Source: an uncultured Candidatus Saccharibacteria bacterium (lineage in GTDB: Bacteria; Patescibacteriota; Minisyncoccia; Phycocordibacterales; JAKFXT01). Taken from it: DNA of 64,000 nucleotides. Under the pieces are notes generated by a model. That model had not been told where the DNA came from. It ran no database searches and saw nothing but the letters and a program-made list of their open reading frames with translations. Positions within the stretch are counted from its first letter, which is position 1, and each line of letters opens with the position of its first letter. The stretch is from the NCBI GenBank assembly GCA_964541455.1, contig CAZIPS010000001.1, positions 1,709 to 65,708 on the forward strand, read 5' to 3'. The translations under genes were made by a program, and so were the position numbers. Below, in pieces: positions 9,909 through 19,345 of this stretch.

Positions 9909-11762
9909 ATGTGTGGGATCGCAGGATTTATCGGGCGAGGGGAGGAGCGCGATCTTTTACTTATGCAAAAGAACATTTTGCATAGGGGCCCTGATCAACA
10001 AGGCATATATTTTAAGGAGGGGGTAGGTCTTGCACATACTCGTCTTGCAATAATCGATACTGACCCTCGTGGTGTGCAGCCCATGTGGAATGAAAAAAAG
10101 ACACTAGCTATTGTTTTTAATGGAGAGATATATAACTACAGGGCTCTAAGGGATGAGCTAAAGGTAAAGGGAAAGAGTTTCAATACAGAAACTGATACAG
10201 AGGTAATACTTGCACTTTTTGAAGAGATGGGCGAAGCGTGTTTTCAAAAACTTGATGGTATGTTTGCGCTTGCGCTCTATGATGCGGTAACGGGTAATGT
10301 GATACTTGCGCGTGATCGTATGGGGGAAAAACCTCTTTATTACGGACTGTTCGATCGTACGGTAATTTTTGCATCTGAATTACCAGCAGTACTTTCACAT
10401 CCTTTTGTAAAAAAAGAGCTCGATCCTGTGTCACTTGCAGCGTATATGGTACGTGAGTATGTTCCTACTCCACGAACTATGTTTAAAAATATTTATAAGG
10501 TAGAGAGCGGGCATTATATTAAGGTAGTAGGTCCACGAATAGAAAAGACTTCCTTTTGGCAACAAGAGGTTATAGAAAAAGACATTTCTTTTAAGGAAGC
10601 AGAGAAAAGACTTGATACGCTTTTAGCGAAAACAGTTGCTGATCGGATGATATCAGATGTGCCACTTGGAGTATTTTTAAGTGGGGGGATAGACAGCGCC
10701 ACTATTGCGTATTATGCGCAAAAACATTCGAAGGTCCCTATTAAAACTTTTTCGATTGGGTTTAACGAGGCTTCATTTGATGAATCAAGCTATGCTTCGC
10801 TCGTTGCAAAGGCACTTGGCACAGAGCACCACACTAAGATAGTTACTGCCAAGGACGCACTAGCACTTATTGATACGTTAGGCAGTGTGATGGGAGAGCC
10901 ACTTTCTGATCCTTCTATCATTCCAACACTTCTTTTGTCGAAGTTTGCACGCGAAAAGGTAACAGTGGCGCTTGGGGGAGATGGAGGAGATGAGTTGTTC
11001 GCAGGATATCCAACGTTTCAGGCCGATACAATCGTTTCTTTGTATAAAGCATTACCAGCACTTGTGCGGAAAAGAGTAATTGAGCCCTTAATAGAATTTC
11101 TCCCTGGGTCCGATAAAAATTTCAGTATGTCTTTTAAGCTTCAGAAATTTATTGAGGGAGTCTATGCCGCTCCTTTGGAGCGACACGGGAGGTGGCTTGG
11201 GGCCTTTAGTAGAGAAGAGTTAAAGGAGTTACTCACTCCAGAAGTATTTGAAGTGGTCAAACAAACATCTCCTTATTATGAAGAGGGTGGGGAAGTTACT
11301 TCTCCTCAAGAGATACTTAAGGCATATCAACATTCTTATCTTACTGACCAAGTACTTGTTAAAGTTGATCGCGCGAGTATGCACTATGCGCTTGAAGTAA
11401 GAGCTCCTTTTCTTGGAAAAGAAATTGTTGAGTTTGTAAGTACATTATCGTACCGGTTTAAGTTAAGGGGGCTTACCACTAAATATATTTTAAAAAAGCT
11501 CATGACTGGTAAGTTGCCGTTATCGATCGTGCGTAGGCAGAAAAAAGGGTTTGGCATACCAGTAGCTGAGTGGTTAAAGAAAGATTTGCGCCCTTTGGCG
11601 GAAACACTTTTCTCAAAAGAGGCAATACAAAAGAGTGGTGTATGTAATCATTCCTATGTGGCAACACTATTTTCTGAACACTGTGAAGGCAAGAAAAATC
11701 ATCGCAAAAAGCTCTGGACACTTTTCATTTTTCAGCTTTGGGCACGGGAATATATGAGTTAG
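9909..11762 (+). CDS. asnB: asparagine synthase (glutamine-hydrolysing) family amidotransferase
   Basis: N-terminal MCGIAGFIG (Ntn Cys2 nucleophile). PP-loop SGGIDS. 617 aa, full AsnB architecture. Confidence 0.85.
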   Translation: MCGIAGFIGRGEERDLLLMQKNILHRGPDQQGIYFKEGVGLAHTRLAIIDTDPRGVQPMWNEKKTLAIVFNGEIYNYRALRDELKVKGKSFNTETDTEVILALFEEMGEACFQKLDGMFALALYDAVTGNVILARDRMGEKPLYYGLFDRTVIFASELPAVLSHPFVKKELDPVSLAAYMVREYVPTPRTMFKNIYKVESGHYIKVVGPRIEKTSFWQQEVIEKDISFKEAEKRLDTLLAKTVADRMISDVPLGVFLSGGIDSATIAYYAQKHSKVPIKTFSIGFNEASFDESSYASLVAKALGTEHHTKIVTAKDALALIDTLGSVMGEPLSDPSIIPTLLLSKFAREKVTVALGGDGGDELFAGYPTFQADTIVSLYKALPALVRKRVIEPLIEFLPGSDKNFSMSFKLQKFIEGVYAAPLERHGRWLGAFSREELKELLTPEVFEVVKQTSPYYEEGGEVTSPQEILKAYQHSYLTDQVLVKVDRASMHYALEVRAPFLGKEIVEFVSTLSYRFKLRGLTTKYILKKLMTGKLPLSIVRRQKKGFGIPVAEWLKKDLRPLAETLFSKEAIQKSGVCNHSYVATLFSEHCEGKKNHRKKLWTLFIFQLWAREYMS

Positions 11763-11798
11763 TGTCAAAGTAGGCCTAGTTTGCTATGATGGGCTCTA

Positions 11799-12371
11799 AT
11801 GAAGGAAGTGAAGCTAAATATTGGAAGCGCAGGGCGCAAAAAAGAGGGCTATATTAACGTAGACTGGCAATCGATTGTTAAGCCCGATCTTGAGCACAAC
11901 CTCAATGTCTACCCCTATCCCTTTGCTGATAGTTCAGTTGATCTTATCGAAGCTTTTCATGTCGTTGAGCACTTAGACCGCCCTTTCGATGTGCTTAAGG
12001 AGTTTCATCGCATTTTAAAACCAGGAGGGGTGCTACATTTAAAAGTACCGCATTTTAGTCGAGCCATGACCCATCCAGAACATTTTCATGGGTTTGATAT
12101 CACACTTCCACACTATTTTGATAAAAGGTTTGTAGAAACGGGATATTTTGGCGTTGATTATGATTTGAAATACATGAAAATGCGCTGGATTGCGTTTTTT
12201 CATATTCTCGAAACGGCAGGGTATAACAAGATACTCCTCACTATCCTTAAGGGTCTCGACATGGCTATTACCACGCTTGCGAATGTAAGTCTTGCATTTT
12301 GTAGTCGCATATGGTGTTACTGGGTGGGAGGCTTTGATGAAATAGAGTTTTATTTTGTATGCAAAAAATAG
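11799..12371 (+). CDS. class I SAM-dependent methyltransferase-like protein
   Basis: NIGSAGRK..., VVEHLDRPFDVLKEFHRILKPGGVLHLKVPH matches the Methyltransf_11 post-motif II/III pattern. Confidence 0.5.
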   Translation: MKEVKLNIGSAGRKKEGYINVDWQSIVKPDLEHNLNVYPYPFADSSVDLIEAFHVVEHLDRPFDVLKEFHRILKPGGVLHLKVPHFSRAMTHPEHFHGFDITLPHYFDKRFVETGYFGVDYDLKYMKMRWIAFFHILETAGYNKILLTILKGLDMAITTLANVSLAFCSRIWCYWVGGFDEIEFYFVCKK

Positions 12372-13075
12372 AGAGACTCCTCAAAAATGAAGAAGTGGGT
12401 GGGGTCCGAGAATTCTTCAAACAATGGCCCCATTTTTACTATTTCATAGTGGCAGTATTTGGCCCCGCTTATTTTGGAGGATTAAGTCCTAGGAAGTTTA
12501 TTAAAAAATACGCACAAGAGGGAGTGCGCCTTAATATTGGTTCTGGGCCAAGGGTTGTTGATGCAACTTTTCAAAATGTAGACACAACTGCCTATGCATC
12601 AGTTACATATGTGGCTGATGCGGCCCATGTGCCTGTTAAGGACAATGCTGTTTCGATGATTATATCTGACAATGTGCTTGAGCACGTTTTTAATGTTGAG
12701 GAGGTGGTAAGGGAAATGAAAAGAATACTTAAAAGTGGGGGGGTAGCGTATGTGAGTACCCCCTTTCTTTATCCTTTCCATTCTTCACCTGATGATTTTA
12801 CTCGCTTTACGCTTACTGGGTTACAGAAACTTTTTCATGAGTTTGAAGTAGTGGAATCAGGGGTTCGTTCAGGAATTTTTTCAACAATAACAGTGGTATT
12901 GGTATACCTTTGTGCGAGCTTGTTTTCCTTCGGGAGTAAAAAAGTATATCAATTTTTACTTAATATTTTTATTTTTATTTTTTTCCCTATCAAGTATCTA
13001 GATAGTATAGGAAACCATCTCCCATTTTCAGAAGAGAGTGCCTCAGTCTTTTATATGGTAGTGCGAAAGAAATAG
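12359..13075 (+). CDS. class I SAM-dependent methyltransferase (type 11) with C-terminal membrane segment
   Basis: LNIGSGPR..., VLEHVFNVEEVVREMKRILKSGGVAYVSTPF. Hydrophobic C-terminus. Confidence 0.6.
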   Translation: MQKIERLLKNEEVGGVREFFKQWPHFYYFIVAVFGPAYFGGLSPRKFIKKYAQEGVRLNIGSGPRVVDATFQNVDTTAYASVTYVADAAHVPVKDNAVSMIISDNVLEHVFNVEEVVREMKRILKSGGVAYVSTPFLYPFHSSPDDFTRFTLTGLQKLFHEFEVVESGVRSGIFSTITVVLVYLCASLFSFGSKKVYQFLLNIFIFIFFPIKYLDSIGNHLPFSEESASVFYMVVRKK

Positions 13076-13076
13076 T

Positions 13077-14903
13077 ATGAAAGGCTTTTTAAAGAAGGGG
13101 TGGGAGGGAATAGGGAATCATCTTTTTGCAATTCTCTTTGCACTCATTGTAGGTATACTTTCTGGTCTCCCGTCTTTGCTAGCTCCTCGGGGACTTGGCA
13201 CAGAGTACCGTGGTATCCCATTCCTTTATCAAAGTGATGAAGAAATATATCTTAGTCGTATTCAGGAAGTACTCGACGGGTATCCAAGTATCGGATCTCC
13301 AGTGCTCCATGAATACAAGCAAGTAAAAACAGCGTGGTTTCCTTTTGGTGAGTATCTCTATGTACTCCCTGTACTTGTAGGCGTGCCGCTTATAAAAGTA
13401 CTTCTTTTGTCTAAGTTTGTTTTTCCTGCGCTGCTATTTTTGCTTGTTTATATGCTTACGTTATGTCTTATAAAAAGTGGTAATGAATCACGGCTAAAAG
13501 TGAGGCAGGGAATAGCTATCGCAACTGGGTTATTGGTAACGCTTGGGTATGATTTTGTGCACGTTAGTCACATCATCTCCCTTCCAAAAGATTCACACGC
13601 TTTTTACCTCTCACCATGGACTCGTTTAGTAAATCCTGTCACGGGGGGTCTCATTTTTTTTGGTGGGCTTATAGCGTTATGGAAGTATCTTGAGGCGCCC
13701 TCTCGAAAAATGTGGGGACTACTTTGTGGGTTGTTACTTCTTTCTTCAAGTTATTTTTTTAGTTTTGGGATATTTCTTACAGTACTCACGTATTGGACAG
13801 TTGTTTCATTTTTTGTAGAAAAAAAGAAAAATGAGGCGATATGGCTTTTATTACTTCTTTGTTGTGGAGGGGGTATGCTTTTGGTGCAGGCACTTATTGG
13901 GAGGGTGGGGATATCACACGAAGAAGCTGCGATAGCGCTTACTAAGAACGGACTCCTTTTTACGCACCTCCCACTTGTAAATGGAGTACTTTTAGCAACC
14001 TCAGGTATCTTTGCACTACTTACGGTGTACGGAGTTAAAAAAAGACTTTATACACTCTATCCACTTACCGCATTTAACCGCTTTTGGTGGTTTTTACTTG
14101 GGGGACTTGTCGCATCTTTTGTAGTTTTTAGTCAACAATTTTTGACTGGGAGAACAATTTGGCCGCATCATTTTGTGCAATATACTATCCCACTTTGTTA
14201 CATAGTACTTCTTACTATGTTTGCTCGATCGATAGTGAGAGTACCTACACGCTATGTTGTGGTAGTACTCCTTCCTATTGTTGTAGCAACTGTAGGTTTC
14301 GGCATGTGGGCCGCGACGACGTATAAGGCAAAAATGGAGGTATATAGAGAGGTACAGCAGTATCAACCACTTTTTACTTTCTTAAACCACACTCCTAAAG
14401 GGATGTGTACGGTATTGTCTGTTGAGGAAGATGACTATCTTTCAACTAAAATACCAGCCTTCACACACTGCGATGTGTACTATTCTATTTTTGTGTATTA
14501 TGGAGCACCTCTTTCAAGAATTGAGCATAATTATCTAACACTGCTTCGATTTCGAGGACTCACTTCCGCAACACTTCCGCAGTACTTGATTGATCATGAT
14601 GTTGAGATGCGTGTTGCTACATTTACTAATTGGCAAGAACTTTTCCGTCATGTTGAAGATCCTTGGATGAGAAAGATTACTAACAATCAAGAAGTTGATA
14701 CGTGGATAGGGAAGACACGAGTAAAGATAGAGAAAGACTATGCTCAATTTTTAAAACAAGATTTTAAAAGTGAGTTACAAAGGTACCAGATAACATACAT
14801 AGTGTGGGATAAGGTAAGGTATCCTCAGTGGAACCCTACGCAGGTTAATTTTTTAACTGAAGTGTACAGTGACAGTCGGGTTGTGGTATACCAGATAAAA
14901 TAA
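13077..14903 (+). CDS. polytopic membrane protein, putative GT-C-fold glycosyltransferase
   Basis: At least 10 predicted TM helices. Acidic DEE motif in the first extracytoplasmic loop (YQSDEEIYLSRIQE). Soluble C-terminal ~200 aa. Sits in the glycan operon next to a GT39-like gene. Confidence 0.3.
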   Translation: MKGFLKKGWEGIGNHLFAILFALIVGILSGLPSLLAPRGLGTEYRGIPFLYQSDEEIYLSRIQEVLDGYPSIGSPVLHEYKQVKTAWFPFGEYLYVLPVLVGVPLIKVLLLSKFVFPALLFLLVYMLTLCLIKSGNESRLKVRQGIAIATGLLVTLGYDFVHVSHIISLPKDSHAFYLSPWTRLVNPVTGGLIFFGGLIALWKYLEAPSRKMWGLLCGLLLLSSSYFFSFGIFLTVLTYWTVVSFFVEKKKNEAIWLLLLLCCGGGMLLVQALIGRVGISHEEAAIALTKNGLLFTHLPLVNGVLLATSGIFALLTVYGVKKRLYTLYPLTAFNRFWWFLLGGLVASFVVFSQQFLTGRTIWPHHFVQYTIPLCYIVLLTMFARSIVRVPTRYVVVVLLPIVVATVGFGMWAATTYKAKMEVYREVQQYQPLFTFLNHTPKGMCTVLSVEEDDYLSTKIPAFTHCDVYYSIFVYYGAPLSRIEHNYLTLLRFRGLTSATLPQYLIDHDVEMRVATFTNWQELFRHVEDPWMRKITNNQEVDTWIGKTRVKIEKDYAQFLKQDFKSELQRYQITYIVWDKVRYPQWNPTQVNFLTEVYSDSRVVVYQIK

Positions 14904-16318
14904 TGGAAAAGTTTTTGGCAAAAGTGGGTATCAGTAAAAAGATGGCACTAGTTGGGCTAGGTTTTTTCTTTCTTTATCTCTTTGTTGCTTATGGCTTTTT
15001 CTATGCCGATAGGCATGTTGCAGATATTGATGGAAACTTAGCCTTCCATTATCCAACGTGGGGGTACGATTCGCCTGAATACACAAAACTTGCCGATGGA
15101 CTTCTTTTGCGCCACAGTTTTAATTTTGAAAATAACACTCCTCCTGACCTGTTGCGTACTCCGGGATACCCTCTACTTCTCGCTCTCACCAAACTTGTTA
15201 CTGGGAAGTTTTGGCCAATTATTATATTTCAAATCTTCTGTGCTTTATTAGTCGCGCTACTTACTTTTAAAATGGGAGTGAGACTAAATGCTCGTAGGGT
15301 GGGTATTGGAGCGGCGCTACTTTTCCTTATCAGTCCTTCGACAATCTTTCACACGGTAGTGTTCATGAATGAGCTTACTTTCATGACTGCGTTCATACTT
15401 TCATTGTATGTATTATTTTTCCCGCCAGTGTGTTTCCAAAAAAGATGGTGGTGTGCTCCAGTTTTTTCGGGACTATTACTTGCTGTGGCAACCTATATTC
15501 GGCCGCTTACACTCTATATCCCACTTCTTTTCGTATGTTGCTACTTTTTGGTGTATATGCGGAGTGGGTGGGGCACGATAGGTAAGTCTATGACTGCATT
15601 TATGTTGGTTTTTTGGGCAGTCATTATTCCATGGATCTACCACAATGGAACTAAGAGTGGTGTATACACATTCTCTACGATAGGAACGTACAATCTTGTA
15701 TTTTTTAATGCGTCGGATTTTTTGGAAAAACATTTCGGTAATACCTCAACAGAGTTTTTAACGTATCAAAAGCAACTCGATACTATCCCAATGTATAATG
15801 CACGGCCACAAAAACCATGGAATGAGATTGTTGCACTCCCCAAACATGTGTTGGCAATGTACCCCAGAGGGTACATTGCTTATCATCTCTCCTACTTATC
15901 AGTATTTTTTATAAGTAGTGGTGCGCGCTATGACGTTCAGATGATCCATTATCCTAAAGTAAAGGCCTTTTTTGGGTTAAGTGAGGGGATACCAAGTTTG
16001 CTTTCAGAGATTAAGGCGCATCATTTTAAGGGGGCTTTTGTTACCTTATCTTCTCAAGGGGTGTTTACAGTGGAGCGCCTTCTGCTTTGTGTGCTTACAC
16101 TTGCATCTTTAATTGCGGTGTTCGCCACAAGAAGTCCTAAGGTACGTAATCTCTTATTGGTATTATTACTTATAATTTTGTATTTTGCGGTACTTACCGG
16201 TCCAGCATCCATCCCACGCTATCGGCTGCCTGTTGATCCGCTTATTTTCTTACTTGGGCTTTTTGCACTAAGTAGGTATTACGTAATGCTAAAAATGAGG
16301 AAACAAAAAGCGTTTTAA
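14903..16318 (+). CDS. GT-C membrane glycosyltransferase, family 39/83-like (ArnT/PMT-like)
   Basis: N-terminal TM helix, then a loop with DID...DSPEY acidic motifs and RTPGYPLLLALT, typical of ArnT/PMT-type GT-C enzymes. 11-13 TM helices. Confidence 0.45.
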   Translation: MEKFLAKVGISKKMALVGLGFFFLYLFVAYGFFYADRHVADIDGNLAFHYPTWGYDSPEYTKLADGLLLRHSFNFENNTPPDLLRTPGYPLLLALTKLVTGKFWPIIIFQIFCALLVALLTFKMGVRLNARRVGIGAALLFLISPSTIFHTVVFMNELTFMTAFILSLYVLFFPPVCFQKRWWCAPVFSGLLLAVATYIRPLTLYIPLLFVCCYFLVYMRSGWGTIGKSMTAFMLVFWAVIIPWIYHNGTKSGVYTFSTIGTYNLVFFNASDFLEKHFGNTSTEFLTYQKQLDTIPMYNARPQKPWNEIVALPKHVLAMYPRGYIAYHLSYLSVFFISSGARYDVQMIHYPKVKAFFGLSEGIPSLLSEIKAHHFKGAFVTLSSQGVFTVERLLLCVLTLASLIAVFATRSPKVRNLLLVLLLIILYFAVLTGPASIPRYRLPVDPLIFLLGLFALSRYYVMLKMRKQKAF

Positions 16319-16322
16319 AAGT

Positions 16323-17411
16323 ATGAAAGTGCTACTTATTACTTCAACAACTAAGCAAACTTCAGGCTGGGGAAGACTCTCATCTGACGCGCTTAGGGCC
16401 TTAAAAAAAATAGGACACGAGGTCACTGTCATTTCTGAAGATGATACTGCACAATTCCAGTTAAAAAAACGGAATGGTGTATATAGTTGGCTTTATAATA
16501 TAGCGCTTGTTTGGAGAGAAAGTAGGAAGGTAGAAGTAGTGCACGCCTTTGATGTGTGGCCGTATGGAGTCTATGCATATTTTGCTTTATTTTTTTCGCG
16601 CACACGATTAGTCATGAATGGTATCGGCACCTATAGCTTACCTCCGTTTCGTGTATCGTTTAAAAGTATTGTTATGAAACTGGCGATACGGTCTGCTCGA
16701 CATATTTACTGTATTAGTAACTATACCGAAGAAAGAATTAAAGAAAGGGTGCCAACAGCGCATACAGAAGTAGTGCTTATGGGGGCGCCACATATTCAAA
16801 AGTTAAGTAAAGAGGAGGCGGCTCACTTTGAGGAAAAGTATAAGTTAGAAGGGCATTACCCCATTGTGCTTACGGTGGGAGAAATAAAAAGTCGGAAGGG
16901 GCAACGTGATACCGCAGAAGCTGTGGCCCTTCTTAGTCACACATATCCAGATATTCTCTACTGCGTACTTGGAAGCGATAGGGACACCCCTTATGTAGAA
17001 AGTATTAAAAAAGTAGGGGAGCGTATAGGTAAGTCGCATATGATTACTATTGTTGCTGATGCTAAGGATGATAAGGCACTTTCTTATTTTTATGATAAGG
17101 CAACACTTTTTGCACTTAATTCAAACAACGAAGGAGACCATTTTGAGGGGTTTGGTCTTGTTATACTTGAGGCAAATGCTTTTGGTAAGCCTGCTATAGG
17201 AAGCACTCGTACGGGGATTGAAAGCGCTATTGTAGATGGCTACAATGGGCTCCTTACAAAACAAGCTGATCCTCAGGATATAGCTTCAAAAATGATCTTT
17301 TTATTAGAGAAAGAAAGCTATGCACTTTTTTCACAACAAGCGCTTCTTCATTACAAAAAATTTACATGGGAAAAGACTGCGGAAGGATATACAAAAGGCT
17401 ATAAAGACTAG
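16323..17411 (+). CDS. GT4-family glycosyltransferase
   Basis: NNEGDHFEGFGLVILEANAFGKPAIGSTRTGIESAIVDGYNGLL matches the GT4 E-x7-E motif. Confidence 0.8.
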   Translation: MKVLLITSTTKQTSGWGRLSSDALRALKKIGHEVTVISEDDTAQFQLKKRNGVYSWLYNIALVWRESRKVEVVHAFDVWPYGVYAYFALFFSRTRLVMNGIGTYSLPPFRVSFKSIVMKLAIRSARHIYCISNYTEERIKERVPTAHTEVVLMGAPHIQKLSKEEAAHFEEKYKLEGHYPIVLTVGEIKSRKGQRDTAEAVALLSHTYPDILYCVLGSDRDTPYVESIKKVGERIGKSHMITIVADAKDDKALSYFYDKATLFALNSNNEGDHFEGFGLVILEANAFGKPAIGSTRTGIESAIVDGYNGLLTKQADPQDIASKMIFLLEKESYALFSQQALLHYKKFTWEKTAEGYTKGYKD

Positions 17412-17414
17412 TGT

Positions 17415-18443
17415 ATGAAAAGAGCATTTATCACGGGTATTACAGGGCAAGACGGCTCTTATCTTACGGAATATCTTTTGGGAAAAGGGTATGAAGTATA
17501 TGGTCTCATGCGACGTTCAAGTGTAGAACCTGCGCTTCGTCTTGAAGGAATAAAAGGACTTGAAAAAGTTACTATGTTTTATGGAGATCTGCGTGACAGT
17601 GCCCCACTTGAGGAGGCATTAAGGAGGGCCAATCCAGGTGAGGTATATAACCTCGCGGCACAGTCTCATATAGGGGTTTCATTTAAAATTCCTCAAGAAA
17701 CATTTGAAATAAATTATGCTGGAGTAGGACGGTTAGTCGAGGCAATTAAAAAAATTAACCCAAGTATCAAACTTTATCAAGCATTATCAAGCGAGGTGTT
17801 TAGTGCAGAGCACCCTCCACATCACGAGGAAAGTATTATGGCGCCAGTAAACCCATATGCGGAAGCTAAAATTAAATCACACCTTGATTTTATTAAAGGT
17901 GCTCGTGAAAAACATAATATGTTTGCTGTTTCCGGATTTCTTTTTAATCATGAATCACCTCGTCGGGGGAAAGAGTTTGTGACGCGTAAAATTACTCTTG
18001 GGCTTTCACGTATAAAGGAGGGGTTACAAGAAGTGCTTGAGTTAGGGAACCTTAATTCAAAAAGAGATTGGGGGTTTGCGGGAGACTATGTGCGCGCCAT
18101 GCACATGATGCTTCAACAGGAGAATCCCGAAGACTATGTAATAAGTAGTGGAGAGATGCACAGTGTACGAGAGTTTGTTTTACTTGCAGCCAAAGAACTC
18201 GGTATCACTATTACTTTTAAAGGTGAGGGAGTAGATGAAGTTGGGGTAGATGAACACGGAAAGGTACTTGTTCGGGTGAATCCATCTTTTTTTCGTCCGG
18301 TTGATACACATACTCTTTTTGGCGATTCAACAAAAGCACGCACTAAGCTTGGGTGGAAACCAGAGGTTAGTTTTCCTGAATTGGTATCAATGATGGTGAA
18401 ATCTGACCATGATAAGGTAAAACGTAATGCAGTTTCGTTTTAA
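17415..18443 (+). CDS. gmd: GDP-mannose 4,6-dehydratase
   Basis: MKRAFITGITGQDGSYLTEYLL N-terminus. FLFNHESPRRGKEFVTRKIT matches the Gmd hallmark LFNHESPRRGETFVTRKIT. Active-site S..Y..AK block YAEAK. Confidence 0.85.
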   Translation: MKRAFITGITGQDGSYLTEYLLGKGYEVYGLMRRSSVEPALRLEGIKGLEKVTMFYGDLRDSAPLEEALRRANPGEVYNLAAQSHIGVSFKIPQETFEINYAGVGRLVEAIKKINPSIKLYQALSSEVFSAEHPPHHEESIMAPVNPYAEAKIKSHLDFIKGAREKHNMFAVSGFLFNHESPRRGKEFVTRKITLGLSRIKEGLQEVLELGNLNSKRDWGFAGDYVRAMHMMLQQENPEDYVISSGEMHSVREFVLLAAKELGITITFKGEGVDEVGVDEHGKVLVRVNPSFFRPVDTHTLFGDSTKARTKLGWKPEVSFPELVSMMVKSDHDKVKRNAVSF

Positions 18444-18449
18444 AAAATA

Positions 18450-18480
18450 AAAAGACCTACAAAAGTAGGTCTTTTTATTT
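18450..18480. terminator. bidirectional rho-independent terminator between convergent genes
   Basis: aaaaagacctac-aaaa-gtaggtcttttt is a perfect 9-10 bp stem, flanked by an A-run on one side and a T-run on the other. Confidence 0.75.
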
Positions 18481-18491
18481 TTTCTCTACCT

Positions 18492-19343
18492 TTAGAGAAG
18501 CGCTAATTTTTCAAACACATCAGTGCGTACATGCCCTTCTTTTACTTCATACTCAAGTTGTTCCTTGCTCACCGCTCCATCGGTCATTGAGTCTTTAAGT
18601 AACTTCAAAAACATCATTTCTATGTCTTTGTTTGGGTGTGGGAGATAGTGCGTGGGGTATTTGCCGAGTAGCTTATGAATAGGTTCACGTGGGATTAGGC
18701 CAAAGTATTTTGGCATTTTGTTGCGCGTAAAATCAATCGGAAGTCCTGCACGCCATGGTTGCGTGAGGCGGATGGTGGTATGGATCATTTTAGTGTTTTG
18801 GTCCAAGTGATCAAGATCATTCCATTCACGAGAAAGGGGCAACACCTCGGTTTCGTCCTTAATGGTCATAATACGATCGTAATCAGCCGATCCTTCCTTG
18901 AGCTGTTTTAACCATTCACCAACCTTCCAGTGTGAAAGTTTGGCGCAATCAAGTACCATAACGCTTGAATCCCAAGCGTCTTTTTTAGTGCAAGCAGCAA
19001 GGGCATTGCCGCGTAAGTCCATTTCATAAAGTGGGGAAATATCTTTGAGTGCAAAAATATCTGGGTCAATAACAACCGCACGCCCTTCGAACCCCATAAG
19101 CTCAGGGGGCATAAAACGAGTTAAGGTAAAGAACTGCAAATCTTCTTCATCAAGTACGCGTTTCTCACCTTTGCGATTAAAAGTCATCCCGGCATATGTT
19201 TTAAACATCGGTATGTCCTCGACAAGCATGATCGTGACGGGTACAAGATCTTTACCTTTATATGTTCTCTCAAAGGCGTATTTTGCAAGCAGTGCCCCTA
19301 AGTACTGCTTTTTATTGGACTGTATAAAAAACCCTTTTTTCAT
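18492..19343 (-). CDS. hypothetical protein, possible GT-A-fold (GT8-like) nucleotide-sugar transferase
   Basis: AVVIDPDIFALKDISPLYEMDLRGNALAAC resembles the GT8 DxD region (LYLDaDiivl.dl.eLf..dL.g..lAAv). Otherwise unrecognised. Confidence 0.3.
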   Translation of the reverse strand: MKKGFFIQSNKKQYLGALLAKYAFERTYKGKDLVPVTIMLVEDIPMFKTYAGMTFNRKGEKRVLDEEDLQFFTLTRFMPPELMGFEGRAVVIDPDIFALKDISPLYEMDLRGNALAACTKKDAWDSSVMVLDCAKLSHWKVGEWLKQLKEGSADYDRIMTIKDETEVLPLSREWNDLDHLDQNTKMIHTTIRLTQPWRAGLPIDFTRNKMPKYFGLIPREPIHKLLGKYPTHYLPHPNKDIEMMFLKLLKDSMTDGAVSKEQLEYEVKEGHVRTDVFEKLALL

Positions 19344-19345
19344 AA

